This document shows, in pieces, positions 12,678 to 24,620 of a stretch of 64,000 bases of DNA. The notes under the pieces were generated by a model that was not told the DNA's origin, searched no databases, and was given only the letters and a program-made list of their open reading frames with translations. The DNA is from the human T2T-CHM13v2.0 reference genome, Homo sapiens, in assembly GCF_009914755.1 (NCBI RefSeq), contig NC_060934.1. One strand, given 5' to 3'. How positions within the stretch are numbered: position 1 is the first letter of the stretch; each line of letters opens with the position of its first letter. Both the position numbers and the translations under genes were made by a program.

Positions 12678-12849
12678 CCCAGTGATTCTGATACATAATG
12701 AAGCTCAAGAACCACTGCTTTGGAAGGATAGTTGGTGTGTGGGTGCATGTATGGAGATGGGCATTGTAGCCTGGCATGAGAAAGATGTGAGAATGCCATA
12801 AGATGGGGAGCACTGCAAGACTGCTTGGTACCATGCCCCTTTGCTGACT

Positions 12850-13086
12850 ACACACCAGAGACAACCAGAAGATCTAAGCGTTTCAGAGGCAAGAGGCAAT
12901 GAAGAGGAGAAAACCACAATTAAAAGAAAAAACAACTTTTAGATCATCAGTAAACAACTGAGTGTGCTAAGTACTAGTCTAAGTGTTTTGTACTTACATA
13001 ATCATCATCATAAACCCACAAGTTAGGTAATACTGTTTTCCTTACTTTCAGATGAGAAACTGGTTAAGTAAATTACCCCAAATCAT
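12850..13086 (-). repeat. IR1 left arm (inverted copy of 14369-14607; partly MIR, partly unique sequence)
   Basis: The reverse complement aligns end to end with 14369-14607, with about 18 substitutions and 2 small indels counted by eye. Confidence 0.95.
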
Positions 13087-13089
13087 GTG

Positions 13090-13390
13090 GTTTCCTGGCC
13101 TGGAGGGTAGGATTTGTTTGGATGAAAAGTGGAAATCCAGTGGGAAAGGGACAGCTTTCAGAAGAACTTGAAGTCCTGGAGAAGAGATTGAATTTTATCC
13201 TGAAAGCCACAGGGAAATCCTGTGGTTACCACCATCCTTTATGTGACCTTACTCTCAATAGTGAGTGTTTGGACTTTATTCATTGGATGATGGGCAGCTT
13301 TTGAGCCAACAAACAACATGGGGAAAGTGGTGTTTTAAGGTGAATCTGTCAGGTGCTGTGTAGATTCAAGTGGAGGGTACCTAGAAACAG
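13090..13390 (-). mobile_element. L2 remnant (probably continuous with L2-like sequence at about 11480-11640 and 12720-12840)
   Basis: gagattgaattttatcctgaaagccacagggaa; gtttggactttattc. Confidence 0.5.
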
Positions 13391-13434
13391 ATTAGCTAAA
13401 ACTAAAACCATTTCCTAAAACACCACAAACAACA

Positions 13435-13655
13435 AAAGTGAATATTGATTGAGCCCTCACTATATGCCATGTGCTGTCCTTTACATCTATCATCTTCACA
13501 AAAACCCTGTGAAGTACATACTCATCATGTACCCATTTTACAGGTTAGGAAACCAAGGTACAGAGAAGTAACTTGCTGAAGGTCACACAGCTGGCTAGTG
13601 TCCAAGTCAGGATTCAAATTGTGTTGCTTGATTCCAGAATCTAGGTTACTGTCTA
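13435..13655 (-). mobile_element. MIR
   Basis: cccattttacaggttaggaaaccaaggtacagagaagtaacttgctgaaggtcacacagct. Confidence 0.85.
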
Positions 13656-13979
13656 CTCTGTTATAGGCTCTTATATCTCCTAGGACTTTGGCAGTGATAA
13701 GTGGAAGTGGAAATAGAGATACATGACATAAAGAGTAAATGTCAGGTATTACATGATGCTGGAATAGTGTGAGCATGCTTAGGAAATCCCCAGCAGGGAA
13801 GAGTTCCTTGCACAAAGAAATTGAGTAGGGTTTAGAACAGCACGTGAAGGAAGGCAGAAGGCCTTTCTGAAATAAGCGGGTTTATGTTTAGAACATGGGA
13901 GAAGAGATAGCATAGGAAATTGCCATTCTGATGGCCCTGCATGTACTCTGATAAAAACCATGGAAGTTGTATGAGAAAT

Positions 13980-14225
13980 GAGTATGGTGAAGTGAGTAGA
14001 TTTGTTGGTTTTGGAATCAGACAGATGTGGTTGTGGGTTCCAGTCCTTTTCTTACTAACCTGTGACCTAGGGCAGTTTGCATAATCTCTGCATTTCAGTT
14101 TTCCCATGTGTATATTGAGGATAATAGAAGCATCATCCTTATTAAGATATCATACAGATTGAGTTCATGTATGGAAAGGAGATGAAAAATATGACATATT
14201 CCATCAATACCAGCTATTACTGTTA
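13980..14225 (+). mobile_element. MIR
   Basis: ttggaatcagacaga...tgtgacctagggcagtttgcataatctctgcatttcagttttccca. Confidence 0.8.
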
Positions 14226-14368
14226 TGCTTCTCGTTATTACAGTCATTCATGGGTGTTAAAACAGAATAATGAGATCTCTATTTTGGAGAGAGTACTTTG
14301 GTGTTAGTGGGTGCAAGACAAACTCAAGAGCTTCTAGGTTTCCAGTTCTGGCTCCACCTGCTAGCTGT

Positions 14369-14607
14369 ATGATTTGGGGTAATTCACTTAACCAATTTCT
14401 CATCTGAAAGCAAGGAAAACAGTATTACCTAACTTGTGGGTTGATGATGATGATTATGTAAATATGAAACACTTAGAATAGCACTTAGCACACTCAGTTG
14501 TTTATTGATGATCCAAAAGTTGTTGTTTTTTCTTTTAATTGTGATTTTCTCCTCTTCATTGCCTCTTGCCTCTGAAACATTTAGACCTCTTGTTGTCCCT
14601 GGTGTGT
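14369..14607 (+). repeat. IR1 right arm (probable source copy; its MIR continues upstream to about 14330)
   Basis: Inverted match to 12850-13086; MIR homology (ctgctagctgtatgatttgggg) extends past the arm boundary only here. Confidence 0.95.
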
Positions 14608-14943
14608 CACAGGGGCCTGTGGCCTGTGGCCTGTGGTGTTGCCCTTGCTGAATCCTATTTAACTGTTGAGAATGTGTCTGGGTAAGTAGTCATTGCTGCC
14701 TCAAAACATAGATTCATGAGCAAAGTGACTATGAAGATTTGATGTGATATGTGGGTGATGATCACACATAAAGGGCACAGCACATAGGTTACAGGAATTT
14801 CGCTGGGCTGTGAATTTCTGACATCAGCCTCCTCGTTTAATATTTATCCGCCCCTCTTCTCTCTTACTTGGGACCTGTACTGAGGCATGGACCTTGTTCC
14901 ACAAGGGACTGAGAGATAACAGTGCTAACTCTGAGAGTGTGCA

Positions 14944-14946
<3 letters not shown>

Positions 14947-14980
<34 letters not shown>
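14947..14980. repeat. (GT)17 microsatellite
   Basis: Read directly. Confidence 0.98.
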
Positions 14981-14986
<6 letters not shown>

Positions 14987-15649
14987 ATATTAGTAGCCTA
15001 AAGGGAGATCTCATGCTGCTTTGCTTTGTTTCATTTTTTTGGTTGTAAAGTTGAATAAAAGGCACTTAGTCCAAAACTTCAAAAAAATTGCTACTGGGCA
15101 AAGTAATTTTGTGTCAGGCTTCTGTTCAGGGCAGATTTACACTGGTTATAAATCTCTGAAATTAAGGTCTTACCGTAGAAAAGCTGAAATGTATTCAACA
15201 TTAGCAGACACCCAGCCCTGTTCTGAACCAGTGGCCATTCTTCCGCCATGTATAATAGCAATATCTATCTATGTGTTTGGGGGCAATAATAAGTTTAAAT
15301 ATGCCTCTTAGAATGGGTAATGGCTCTCCAATGAGTAGCAGAATTTTCTATCAACAATTCTTTTCCTAGAACCAAAGGTTAAGTTCAAGAGTTTGATTTA
15401 ATGACAAAGTTAATTAGGCCCTTAACATTACAGGTTTCTTGCCTTTCATTTTCTAATCAAGATCATAGTCTAAGGTCAGCAACCTTGCAGAAGTGGGGAA
15501 CACAAGGCCAGCACTTGTTCTTCTGATGTTTGGGGAGGGTGACTGTAGGAGATGAGGAGTGCTTAGCAATCACTGAGTTGACAAAGGGCCTGGAGAATGC
15601 CTGCTAGACCTGAAGAATTTCATTCTTACCTCTACCGAACCTTAGTTAT

Positions 15650-15800
15650 AAAATATGCTTGAGCTTTAAGGAAACTTAAGGATTATCTAATCAGTCCTTT
15701 CATTTTACAGCCAGGGAAACTGAGGCTAAAGGGACTAAGAAATTTCTCAGTGGTTACATAGTTCACTTGAGGCAGAGTAATGGATCTCCTAAGATTAAAC
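15650..15800 (-). mobile_element. MIR
   Basis: cattttacagccagggaaactgaggctaaagggactaag. Confidence 0.75.
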
Positions 15801-15925
15801 CACCTACTTCTAATCAAAATGATCTATCCTCAAATACTCATATTCAAGGAAAAGCAAAACCTCTTCTTGGCTTATAGGATTTATGTTGTTTATGAGCTAG
15901 TTTTGCTAAAGCACTTCTTCCTGCC

Positions 15926-16233
15926 TTTTTTTTTTTTTTTTTTTTTTTTTGAGACGGAGTCTCACGTTGTTGCCCAGGCTGTAGTGCAGTGGCACAATCT
16001 CGGCTCACTGCAACCTCCGCCTCCCAGGTTCAAGCAGTTCTCTGCCCCAGTCTCCTGAGTAGCTGGGATTACAGGCACCCACCACCACGCCTGGCTAATT
16101 TTTTTTTGTATTTTTAGTAGAGACGGGGTTTCACCATGTGGGCCAGGCTGGTCTTGAACTCCTGACCTCATGATCCATCTGCCTTGGCCTCCCAAAGTGC
16201 TGGGATTACAGGCGTGAGCCACTGCGCCTGGCC
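15926..16233 (-). mobile_element. AluS (Sg-like), full length
   Basis: T-run followed by antisense Alu, with the ctgacctcatgatcc 2-bp deletion variant. Confidence 0.97.
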
Positions 16234-19171
16234 TTCCTACTACTTTTTAAAGCAAATATATTCCATTTGATCTTGGACCATGATAAACCAGTAAAGACTA
16301 TTGGTTTGAAACAAAGAAATTGACTGTTGCTACTTAGTCCAAGAATTTAAAAAATAATAAAAAAAGAAGGAATCCATTAGAAGAACCTTAGGGATTCTCA
16401 TAACTGGTCAGAGATTGAAGGACCTGGTAAGGGAAAGGGAAAGATATCAAAGCAGGTCCAGAAGTTCTAGAAAGAGGACACAAGACAGATTTCTGGAGGC
16501 AGAAACTTCCGTCCCAGCATTTGACACTGCTGTATCATAAATGAATCCTCACCAGCTCTCTGTCTTCATCTCACTTGTTCCTGATGCAAAGTCCAGGTGA
16601 GGAAATTTAAAGAATTGAGCCAAGGGATTTGCCAGTGCTTTGCCTGCCGGGAAAGCAGGGAGAGGAGAGGTATGGATGCTCTAGCTTCTACTGGACCCTG
16701 GGAACGGGCACTGCCCACTGAAAAAATAAACACACATTTTGGGGAATTTCTCAAAACAAGAAAAAAAAAGAGTCCAGGTTTTAGATTGTCCCAAACTCAA
16801 GAAATGTCTAAGATAAAAGACTTTATGGGTCATTCTGAAGCTTGACCTTGCTGTATGGGAAAATATAGTCCAAGGTACAGACTAATTCATAGATAACTTT
16901 GGGATTCAATTTACTTCTGGGCTCGGCTATTCATGTTTTAATCTTAAATAGGAGTCTGCTGGTTCAGGGCCTTAAACTTTAAGTGAAAGTTTTGTGGTGG
17001 GATTTTTGGACTATAATATAGGTGACCAGATTTGGAAATACCCTTGAAAATGACGACATTTCAGAAATAGTAAAACCATCCATGTGTGTATCTTTCCACA
17101 CAGGTACATGCTCTATACCTGGCCCTATGCTGTGCATTGGTTACCAAGAAGCAGACAAAATGTTGTGCCCTTCTGCAGCCTGGGCATTAGTCAGGTTCAT
17201 ATATAGGGTGCTTTGACTTCTCGCTTATAGTAAAATATTCAAATGCAGAGAAGACTATTGAAGAAGGCAAGATTTTTGGTTACACGCCAGTACTTCAAAA
17301 GCTCCAACCCTCTCAAAAATTATTAGTGTTTGCTTTTCCAGAAGAGCTGTTTCTACCAAACTTGGTTCAGAATCTTCAGCAAACATTTCTTACCAGATGC
17401 GATGCTAGAATAAGTCTAGCCATGAAGAACCTTATAATCCAGTAGAGGAGACAGACATGGAAATGAATCATTTCTATGAAATGCGTTAAGTTCTGAGACA
17501 GAGATGTGCCCAGTGTGCTACGTAAAGACAAAGACTCACATTCTTCAGATGCGCTAGCATAGGAAAGTTTTCCTGTAGTTTGTCTTAATCCTAGGGGTAC
17601 AATGTAAATGCATCTTCTCTGTTCACCTGTGTGGTCAGTCATGGACAGTTACTGGGTGGCTGTTACATGCAAGGCCAGAATGCGGGGCCTGTGATCTAGC
17701 AGCTAAGGGCATCCATTCAGCTAAAGATGTCTTCCTTTCTCCCTTTCCTTTCCAAAAATGGCCAACTACAACCTCTTAGATTTGGGGCTGGAGTAGGTGG
17801 GGGACTGATGAAGCATCCATTCATGGCTTTGGTACAGGATTCGCCTAAATCTGGACATATCCCCAAAGTACTAGTTCTGCAGGGATGAGGACAGAGCCCA
17901 GGAGAACTGTCTTTGGTTTCACCTTCCTCTCCAATGTGTTCAACTCCCTTGCAGGAATGTTCTTGGGGGAGCACTCTGCAAATCCACATCAGGCCCAGAA
18001 GAGAAATGTTTCTTTGAAGACCTGTCTCTATTAATTTGCATAGATATTTGTGTATGATTTTATTTACATTGGTGAGGCAGAACAGTAGTTCTCCAGCTTT
18101 GATGTGTGTGAGCCTTGGAGATTAGAGCTGGGGCTCTTCCTTTGAGAAAACAAATACTTTTGTGTTGATTTCTATGAGATATAAATCATACCCAGGAAGT
18201 TTACAGTTGAGTAAGAATGGTATAATTACTGATTGTATACCAGAAGCGGACATATTTATGAAAAGACTTGAAAAAGCTTGTAATCCCTTCCCGTATTTTG
18301 AATAACTAATTGCTATGTCATCCTGGCATATTTGCACCACAAGAGTTAAGTCTGTCAAATGTTTCCCTCTGAAAACCTTGTTTTAAGGGATTTCTAACTT
18401 GGTCGTAAAACTGTGCTCCAAGTTGGAGCTGACTTGATGGGAGTCTGTGCTTGGAAGGCTTGATTTGAATGGTGCCAGTCAGAGTTAAATTACAGGCTGG
18501 GAAAAAGGAAACAAATTTTTTAAAAAGGAGGTGTTTATGGTTCCCGGTTCCCCTAAGTACTTCTTGAGGATCAAAATAGCCTCTTTAAAATAAATTGCAG
18601 ACCATTAGTACATGATGGAGGAAACCCCTTTGAGACTAGATTGGGGGAGGGGAAGGCAAGGGCACAAGAAAAAAGAGATTGATTTGGGCCACTTTCAGCC
18701 TGTGCAGTGCATTGCCCCCCAGCCCCCGCAGCATGCCCCTGGAGGGGTTAATGCACACAGATGGCCTTTCATGTACCCACAGTTGCCATTTCTGTCAGTC
18801 TAAGTGGACCTCACTGCAGATCCACTCCAATTCTGAATCTTGATTGGAATTTGGGTTTCTTGGAATGTGTTCTTCCTCCATGCCCACCCCCCCACCTTTC
18901 TTTTTCTTTTTAAACAAATAGAACACTATTGCCTGCCATCTTATGCCCTTATGGATCATAAAGTCTTACTGCATAGGACCTTGAGTATATCCTGTCTACG
19001 CTGAACTAGAGATAGCTGCTGGATAATCATATTTGCAGAGATTTCTTCATACTTGATGCCAGACATTCAAGCCAAAAAGGTAGTCCTTGGCTGGGAGTAT
19101 TTATTTGATCCCCTACATAGAGCCAGCTTAGGTATCTCTCCCATCCATCAACAACAGACAATTCAAGATAA

Positions 19172-19250
19172 TGAGAAAGAGAGAGAGGGAGACAGAGAGG
19201 GAAAGGGAGATGCAAGAGGAGGAGGAGAGGAGGAAGAAGAGGAAGAGAGA
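19172..19250. repeat. Polypurine (GA-rich) low-complexity tract
   Basis: gagaaagagagagagggagacagagagggaaagggag...gaggaagaagaggaagagaga. Confidence 0.85.
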
Positions 19251-20664
19251 TTGTTTCTATCTCTGTGTGAGTCACCTTGAACTCCAGTGGTCTGGGAGTA
19301 GCCTCTGTGCTCTAGCACTTACCATCAATGGAAGTGGGACAGATTTATGGCCTGGCATGTTCAACCTGAATTCAAATCTCCTTGTCTTTTTAAGATTTCA
19401 CTCATGCCTTAATGACACCTTTTTTTTTTTTTAAGAAAGCTAATTGCATTGGTTTCTCCAAGAGGCATCACTTTGAACAATCCATCCTGACTGTGAAAAC
19501 AAATATATGCTTGACTTATTTCATTTATTTTCTCCCAAAACCTAAATGAGGATAAAGCCATTCTGGATAAGAAGACATGTGTGTGTCTTTGTCACATCTT
19601 TTATCATCATGACTGCTTTTCCAAATAATACAACTTGTGACAAATGCGAACATTAATTACAGTTAACAAAGAAATGTCATGTGAAGTATTCATGGGGGGA
19701 GAAAAAAGAACCGAGACAATCAATGAGATTACATCTTGCACCAAGCTTCAAGTCAAAGTGCAAAAGTCAGAAATCAAATACCATCAGTTATCAAATTATG
19801 TTAATGATTCTAATGAAAGCTTCTGGTATTTTGTTCAAGAGTGTGTTGCTGTAATGGTAACTAATAGAACAAGAGAAGCTGATTGCCGCGAATTAATTAG
19901 AACTGACTGCTGGAGTTTCCTTTTTATTTATTTATTTAAATATTGACAACCTGTTTTAGATCTCGAGGTTTTTCACGTGGTCTTTTTCTTCGCTCCCCAA
20001 GTCATCAACCTGCCAAGGAGTGAGAATGTAATTGTGTTTTCTCATACTGTGGATATCTCTCACCAGCCTCAGGGTTTTGACCCAGACTGACAGCAGACAA
20101 ATTAAACTGAAGTACCCCTAACATTTGGGGGGTTCAGTATGAGAGTCCAGATGAGGCCCCTTGCTCAATGCTCCCTTCTCTTTTCCTTCAGCCCCACATT
20201 CCCCCCACAAGAGGCCTTTGCACACATCCACATGGGCACCCAGCTTGCCCATCCAAGGTCTACCCACCAATGGCTGCTCTTTGGCTACCCCTTGGCCTTA
20301 GGGGTGCATGCCCGTGGCACCATGCACTATTGAGAGATAGGACCCAGGGAAGAGGTCATTGCAGGCGCTAGAAATGCTTAGGGTTGTTTGAGAAGTGAAT
20401 TTTGGGTTCCGGGTAATCATAACATGGTCTACTAACTGGGGAGTAGGCTCCAGGTTGGAAATGCCCTTGTTCCCTGGACCTCTTTATCCCATAGGGGTGG
20501 GAGGGGATGGAGGAGGGCCAGAGTGGGCCTTCTAAAGTGCTTGGCCTTGGGCAGGGGGCTCTAGTTACTTGGATCTAAAAGCAGTACCGGACATGCATAT
20601 TCTTTGCTTTGGGGTATCTAGAGCTCTCTCACTAAAATCTATTTTATTCTTTCTGTTTTTGTTT

Positions 20665-20770
20665 GTTTATTCATTCCTTCATTTATTCAACACTCACTTG
20701 GCACTGACTGTGCCAAGCTCTAGGACACAGGAAAATAAGGTCTCTCCCTTCAGGGATCTCACGGGCTTTT
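20665..20770 (-). mobile_element. L2 3' end
   Basis: ttcattccttcatttattcaacactcacttggcactgactgtgccaagctctagg. Confidence 0.6.
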
Positions 20771-21497
20771 CAAATTTGTAATGCATTAATAAATACTAGA
20801 TAGAGATCTGTTCAAAGTTCTTTGCCTTCCAGATCTGCCTTGTATTCTGTCCTCTGAGTGCTGTTCTTTTCTTCTTTATCATGGCAGCAGGTGTTACAGA
20901 TCCTGTGGCAGTGAGGAGGGCCAACCCAGGGCTTAGAAGAGGGGACTGACTCTGGTTCCCCCGACAACCCCCCGTGCTGCTCCTTTAGGGCTCCCCAGGG
21001 GCCCTTCAGAGCTCCCACCCTCTGGCCAGAGAAATGTCCCCACTGAATCCAGATCAGAAGCAGATAAATGGAGAGTCTGGCAGGGGGCATCAGTCCCACA
21101 GAGAATCTTCTACAGCTATAGTGAAAACGCCCAGTCTAGGAGGGGCCGTTCTGACTGATGACTCCAGGCAGCCTGAACCAGGATCCTTTTGTGGAGCTTC
21201 TGCCTAGAAAGTGAATTGTGTTAAAATCAACGTATCTTGCTCTCATATTAAAATCCCTCTCTCTATTTAAGTCATTGAGGGAATTTCCTAAATTTTCCAC
21301 CATGGAGGGAAGGTTTTGGTTATAATACCAAATGGATATTGACAGGGCCTTGCTCTTAGAAAACTAATCATGACATCTGGGTAACTGAGCACAGGTCAGC
21401 TCTGAAGCCCTCCCTCCTGGGTGTCGGGAAGCACATCAGACTGTGTTGAATTTCCTTCGCTGGCTAAATTGGTACATTAGGGCAAAAACGATGTCCA

Positions 21498-21745
21498 CAT
21501 TTGCATAGTTGATTTCATTACTATTGCCATTATTGATGCCTAGCTCCTCTGAAAGAAAGGAGCCATAAAAGCAAATAAAATCACTTCGCGATTCCATTAT
21601 TGGATAAATTACCACATTACTGCCTGCGTTTTAGGGCTAAAGCCATTCCCCGCATTTGCATAGTTTATTTCATTATCATTATTAATAACAACAACAATAA
21701 TAATGATGATGACTAGGATCCTTGAATGAAAGGAACTAGAAAAAT
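21498..21745. promoter_or_regulatory. Duplicated octamer (ATTTGCAT) module, candidate enhancer
   Basis: catttgcatagtt(g/t)atttcatta at 21498 and 21653; perfect POU octamers at 21499-21506 and 21654-21661. Confidence 0.4.
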
Positions 21746-21924
21746 GCCAGAGCCTCGAGAAGTCTTTATGGACTCAGTGCGATCACTAGGAGTCCCTTTA
21801 TCTGCTGCTGAAATGCAGCCACTCCGTTGCATTGCACCAACCAAAAGCTTTTAACAGAGCTCCCGTTAAAGCAGTTCAGAACATGTGGGGCCGGGTGCCT
21901 GGTTTGAGATAGTGACTAGTTACT

Positions 21925-22120
21925 TGTGCCTACTAAAGATTTAGGTTGGGAGTCCCTGCTTAGCCCCTAACTAGTTCTGTCTCTTCAGGGATGTTGCTTA
22001 AATTCTCCAAACTTCAGCTTCTTCGCAAATGAAATGGGGATTATGACACTTGCTCTGCTGTGTGATGAAAAGCAAAAGAAATGGTGAATGTGAACATGTT
22101 CTATAGACCATAAAACTACC
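21925..22120 (+). mobile_element. MIR
   Basis: ctaactagttctgt...cttcagcttcttcgcaaatgaaatggggattatgaca. Confidence 0.65.
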
Positions 22121-22599
22121 CATAGATTCAAGAGACTAATACTACCGTATTGAACCTTGGAATGACGGCTGTGGCTGGGATGCTGTACAGTGGAGGCAGT
22201 GGCTAGACTGTGTCTCTTTGGCTGGGAGAATTTTCTAAAAAACTACCATAGGTTTCTAAGGCATCATCCTCTATGATAAGTAGGGAGAGCATACCTGTGT
22301 ATATTTACCAATCTTGGATATTTACAAATAGCTTACTTTGATAGCCAGCATTTCTGGGATGAGCTGGTGGCCCTGATAGTGTTCTTTCTTACTCAGCAAC
22401 TTCTAATTATGCCTTGCTTTTCTCCTTGGTCATAGAGGCAAGAAGTATAAAGTCTTTTTGTCTATTAATTCTGAGGTCCTGTAGTGAAAGCAAGGTCCAC
22501 TGGTGGCCGTCTATGGTTTGCTGGAGAATTTTCCCCCTGGTTTTGTTTTTATTATTTTATTTTATTTCTGCTGTACCAGGGGCTCCAAAAAAATGAATG

Positions 22600-22960
22600 T
22601 GTCAGTAAAGGATTTGACAGTATGTTACGACAGTCATCAATCCACTGAGCCCTGTAGCCATAAATAAGCTTCATTCGCTGCCACACTAAAGAGGACAGTT
22701 TTTCTTCTCCAGGACATTGAAAATGTCACAGCGAGGGAATTGTTTGTCCCTGTCTCCACGGCAACGCCACCAGCACTTATCATTAACTTTCACACCAAGA
22801 TTTTAATCAGCGCTCTTTGCGGCCTGAGACCAAGTCAACATCAGCCCAAATTTTCAAAGCCGTTATTCTAATTATGACGAGAAAGCTATAGATTGATGAG
22901 CCGAGTTTTCTGCAAGGACTGGTGGCAGTTAATTCTCGTGACCTGTGTGGCTCGGGGAGT
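22600..22960. promoter_or_regulatory. Candidate enhancer block (MEIS, PBX-HOX-like and HOX/CDX motifs)
   Basis: TGACAG 22615-22620, tcatcaatcc 22634-22643, gccataaa 22657-22664, agattgatga 22890-22899; repeat-free with retained CpGs. Confidence 0.4.
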
Positions 22961-23454
22961 CTCTCTTAGAGATGGAGTCTTGAAAGTTCGATTATTAGTG
23001 ACAGCTTGTAAGTGAGAGGAGCCTTATCTCTCCAGAGAGTGTTGATAACTTGAGACAAGGTTTAACTAGGAAGTAGTGAGACAGTGGAAGGAGGGGAGAG
23101 AGGGGGAGAAAGGGAAAAAAAAGTGCACACTCTATCTGCAGCGTGCATCCAGTGTAATGAGAAAATATGGACAGGCACAATTTCACAAGTTGTAAATTCT
23201 GGTAGCCTTCAGTTGTAAATTCTGGTGGAGGCTGTTTTACTCGGCTATCTGATAATGTGTGAAAATATTTGTCCCTTTGCTTCACAGGCATGGGCAAGCA
23301 CTATTTTCCAGAAAATGCATTAAACTTCCCAGCTCTCTCCTGCCTCTTTTTTTTTTTTTTTTTTTAAATCATAGACCCTCTAAAAACAAAATGAGAATTT
23401 GTGATTGAAATGAAATGGTAACTGATTTTTTTTTAAAAAGATTCTCCCTAAATC

Positions 23455-23662
23455 AGACCTAGTGTTTGACAGAACAGTAGAATGACTATAGTTTACAGTA
23501 ATCTATTGTATGTTTTGAAATAGCTAAAAAAGAATAATTCAAATGCTTCTAGCATAAAGAAAAGATAAATATTTAAAGTGATGAATATCCCAATTACATC
23601 AATTTGATCTTTAAAAATTATATGAATGTATGAAATTATCACATGTATACCAAAAAAAAAAA
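23455..23662 (+). mobile_element. L1MA-type 3' end fragment
   Basis: ctattgtatgttttgaaatagctaaaaaagaataattcaaatgcttctagcataaagaaaagataaatatttaaagtgatg. Confidence 0.85.
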
Positions 23663-24114
23663 GAGTCTGTCAAAATGTTAAAAAAGACTCTTCCTTCTCA
23701 TTTCCCTCAGCTGCCTCCCACCCCCAGCCTTTTTTGAGTCAGTCTAATTTCTAGAGATTTGGGGTTTGCAATGAAGGGGAGTAGCATGGTGCTAACCACT
23801 CTGTCCCTTCCTGTTTCTGTTGGTCTCTCGTGTTCTCTGCTTTCGTTAACCTGGCTGATGTATGTCCCTATGTTCTTGGCCATGCATAGACAATGTTCAT
23901 GCTGTTGCCATCGTCATGCCTTCAAACTTGCTCTTGGGAAGTGGGACATTTCCCTCTCTCTGTCTAAGGCATTCAGCCGAGCCATTAGTCTGCTGGGGAG
24001 GAGGTGGGAGTGATGGTCACTGAGTCCCCCTAGCCAAAGGTTTTTTTTTTCTTTTTTTTAAAAATGATCTCATTATTTGTTCTCTAGTCTCTTCCTAAGG
24101 GAGGGTGCAGAAAG

Positions 24115-24620
24115 GTAGCATGGTGAGGTCAGAAGAACCTCATCCTAGATGCTCCCAGTCCCAGCTCTCACCCCAGCTCCACCCCTGCCACAGAGGAAGA
24201 CTCTCCCCTGCCTCTGTTTTCTCATCTTTCAAATGGTGATCATAGTATCTGTCCAGCCTCCTTCACTTATCAAATGAGAATATAGGAATGAAATTGCTCA
24301 TACTTCATGTGATCATTGCATTAAAGATTATGGTGCATGTGTGAGCACTGTTGGTTGTCAGCTTTTTTAGTTTATCTTCTTTTCCAGAACTAGAAAAATG
24401 ATGATGCAGTTACATTTTATAGTGTTTTCTTTTTCAAATTATTTTCACATGTTTAAAACCAGCACCATTATCTCCATTAGCTTTATTTTGCCCCTGAGAA
24501 CACTGAGGCACAGAAAGGTGAGGTATCTTGCTTGTGGTCACACAGCCAATTAGAGGTCTAACCAGGTATAGAGCTAACTGTGGCCTCCGATTCCCAGCTT
24601 GCACTTCCCTAGTCTCATGC
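24115..24620. mobile_element. Two MIR fragments (+ at about 24115-24300, - at about 24400-24620)
   Basis: ctgttttctcatctttcaaatgg; cactgaggcacagaaaggtgaggtatcttgcttgtggtcacacagc. Confidence 0.7.

Larger units (their letters stand above)
11650..12717. mobile_element. MER5A-like MITE split by an Alu and an L1 (pieces about 11650-11758, 12065-12086, 12678-12717)
   Basis: cagaatcacctggtgaactgttgaaaactgagatgcctgtgcccagccccagac ... gtgattctgatac...caagaaccactg terminus. Confidence 0.75.

Noticed and set aside
12521-12799. ORF with the L1 ORF2 C-terminal motif
   Set aside because: Fragment of a truncated L1 fused to flanking sequence; not a gene
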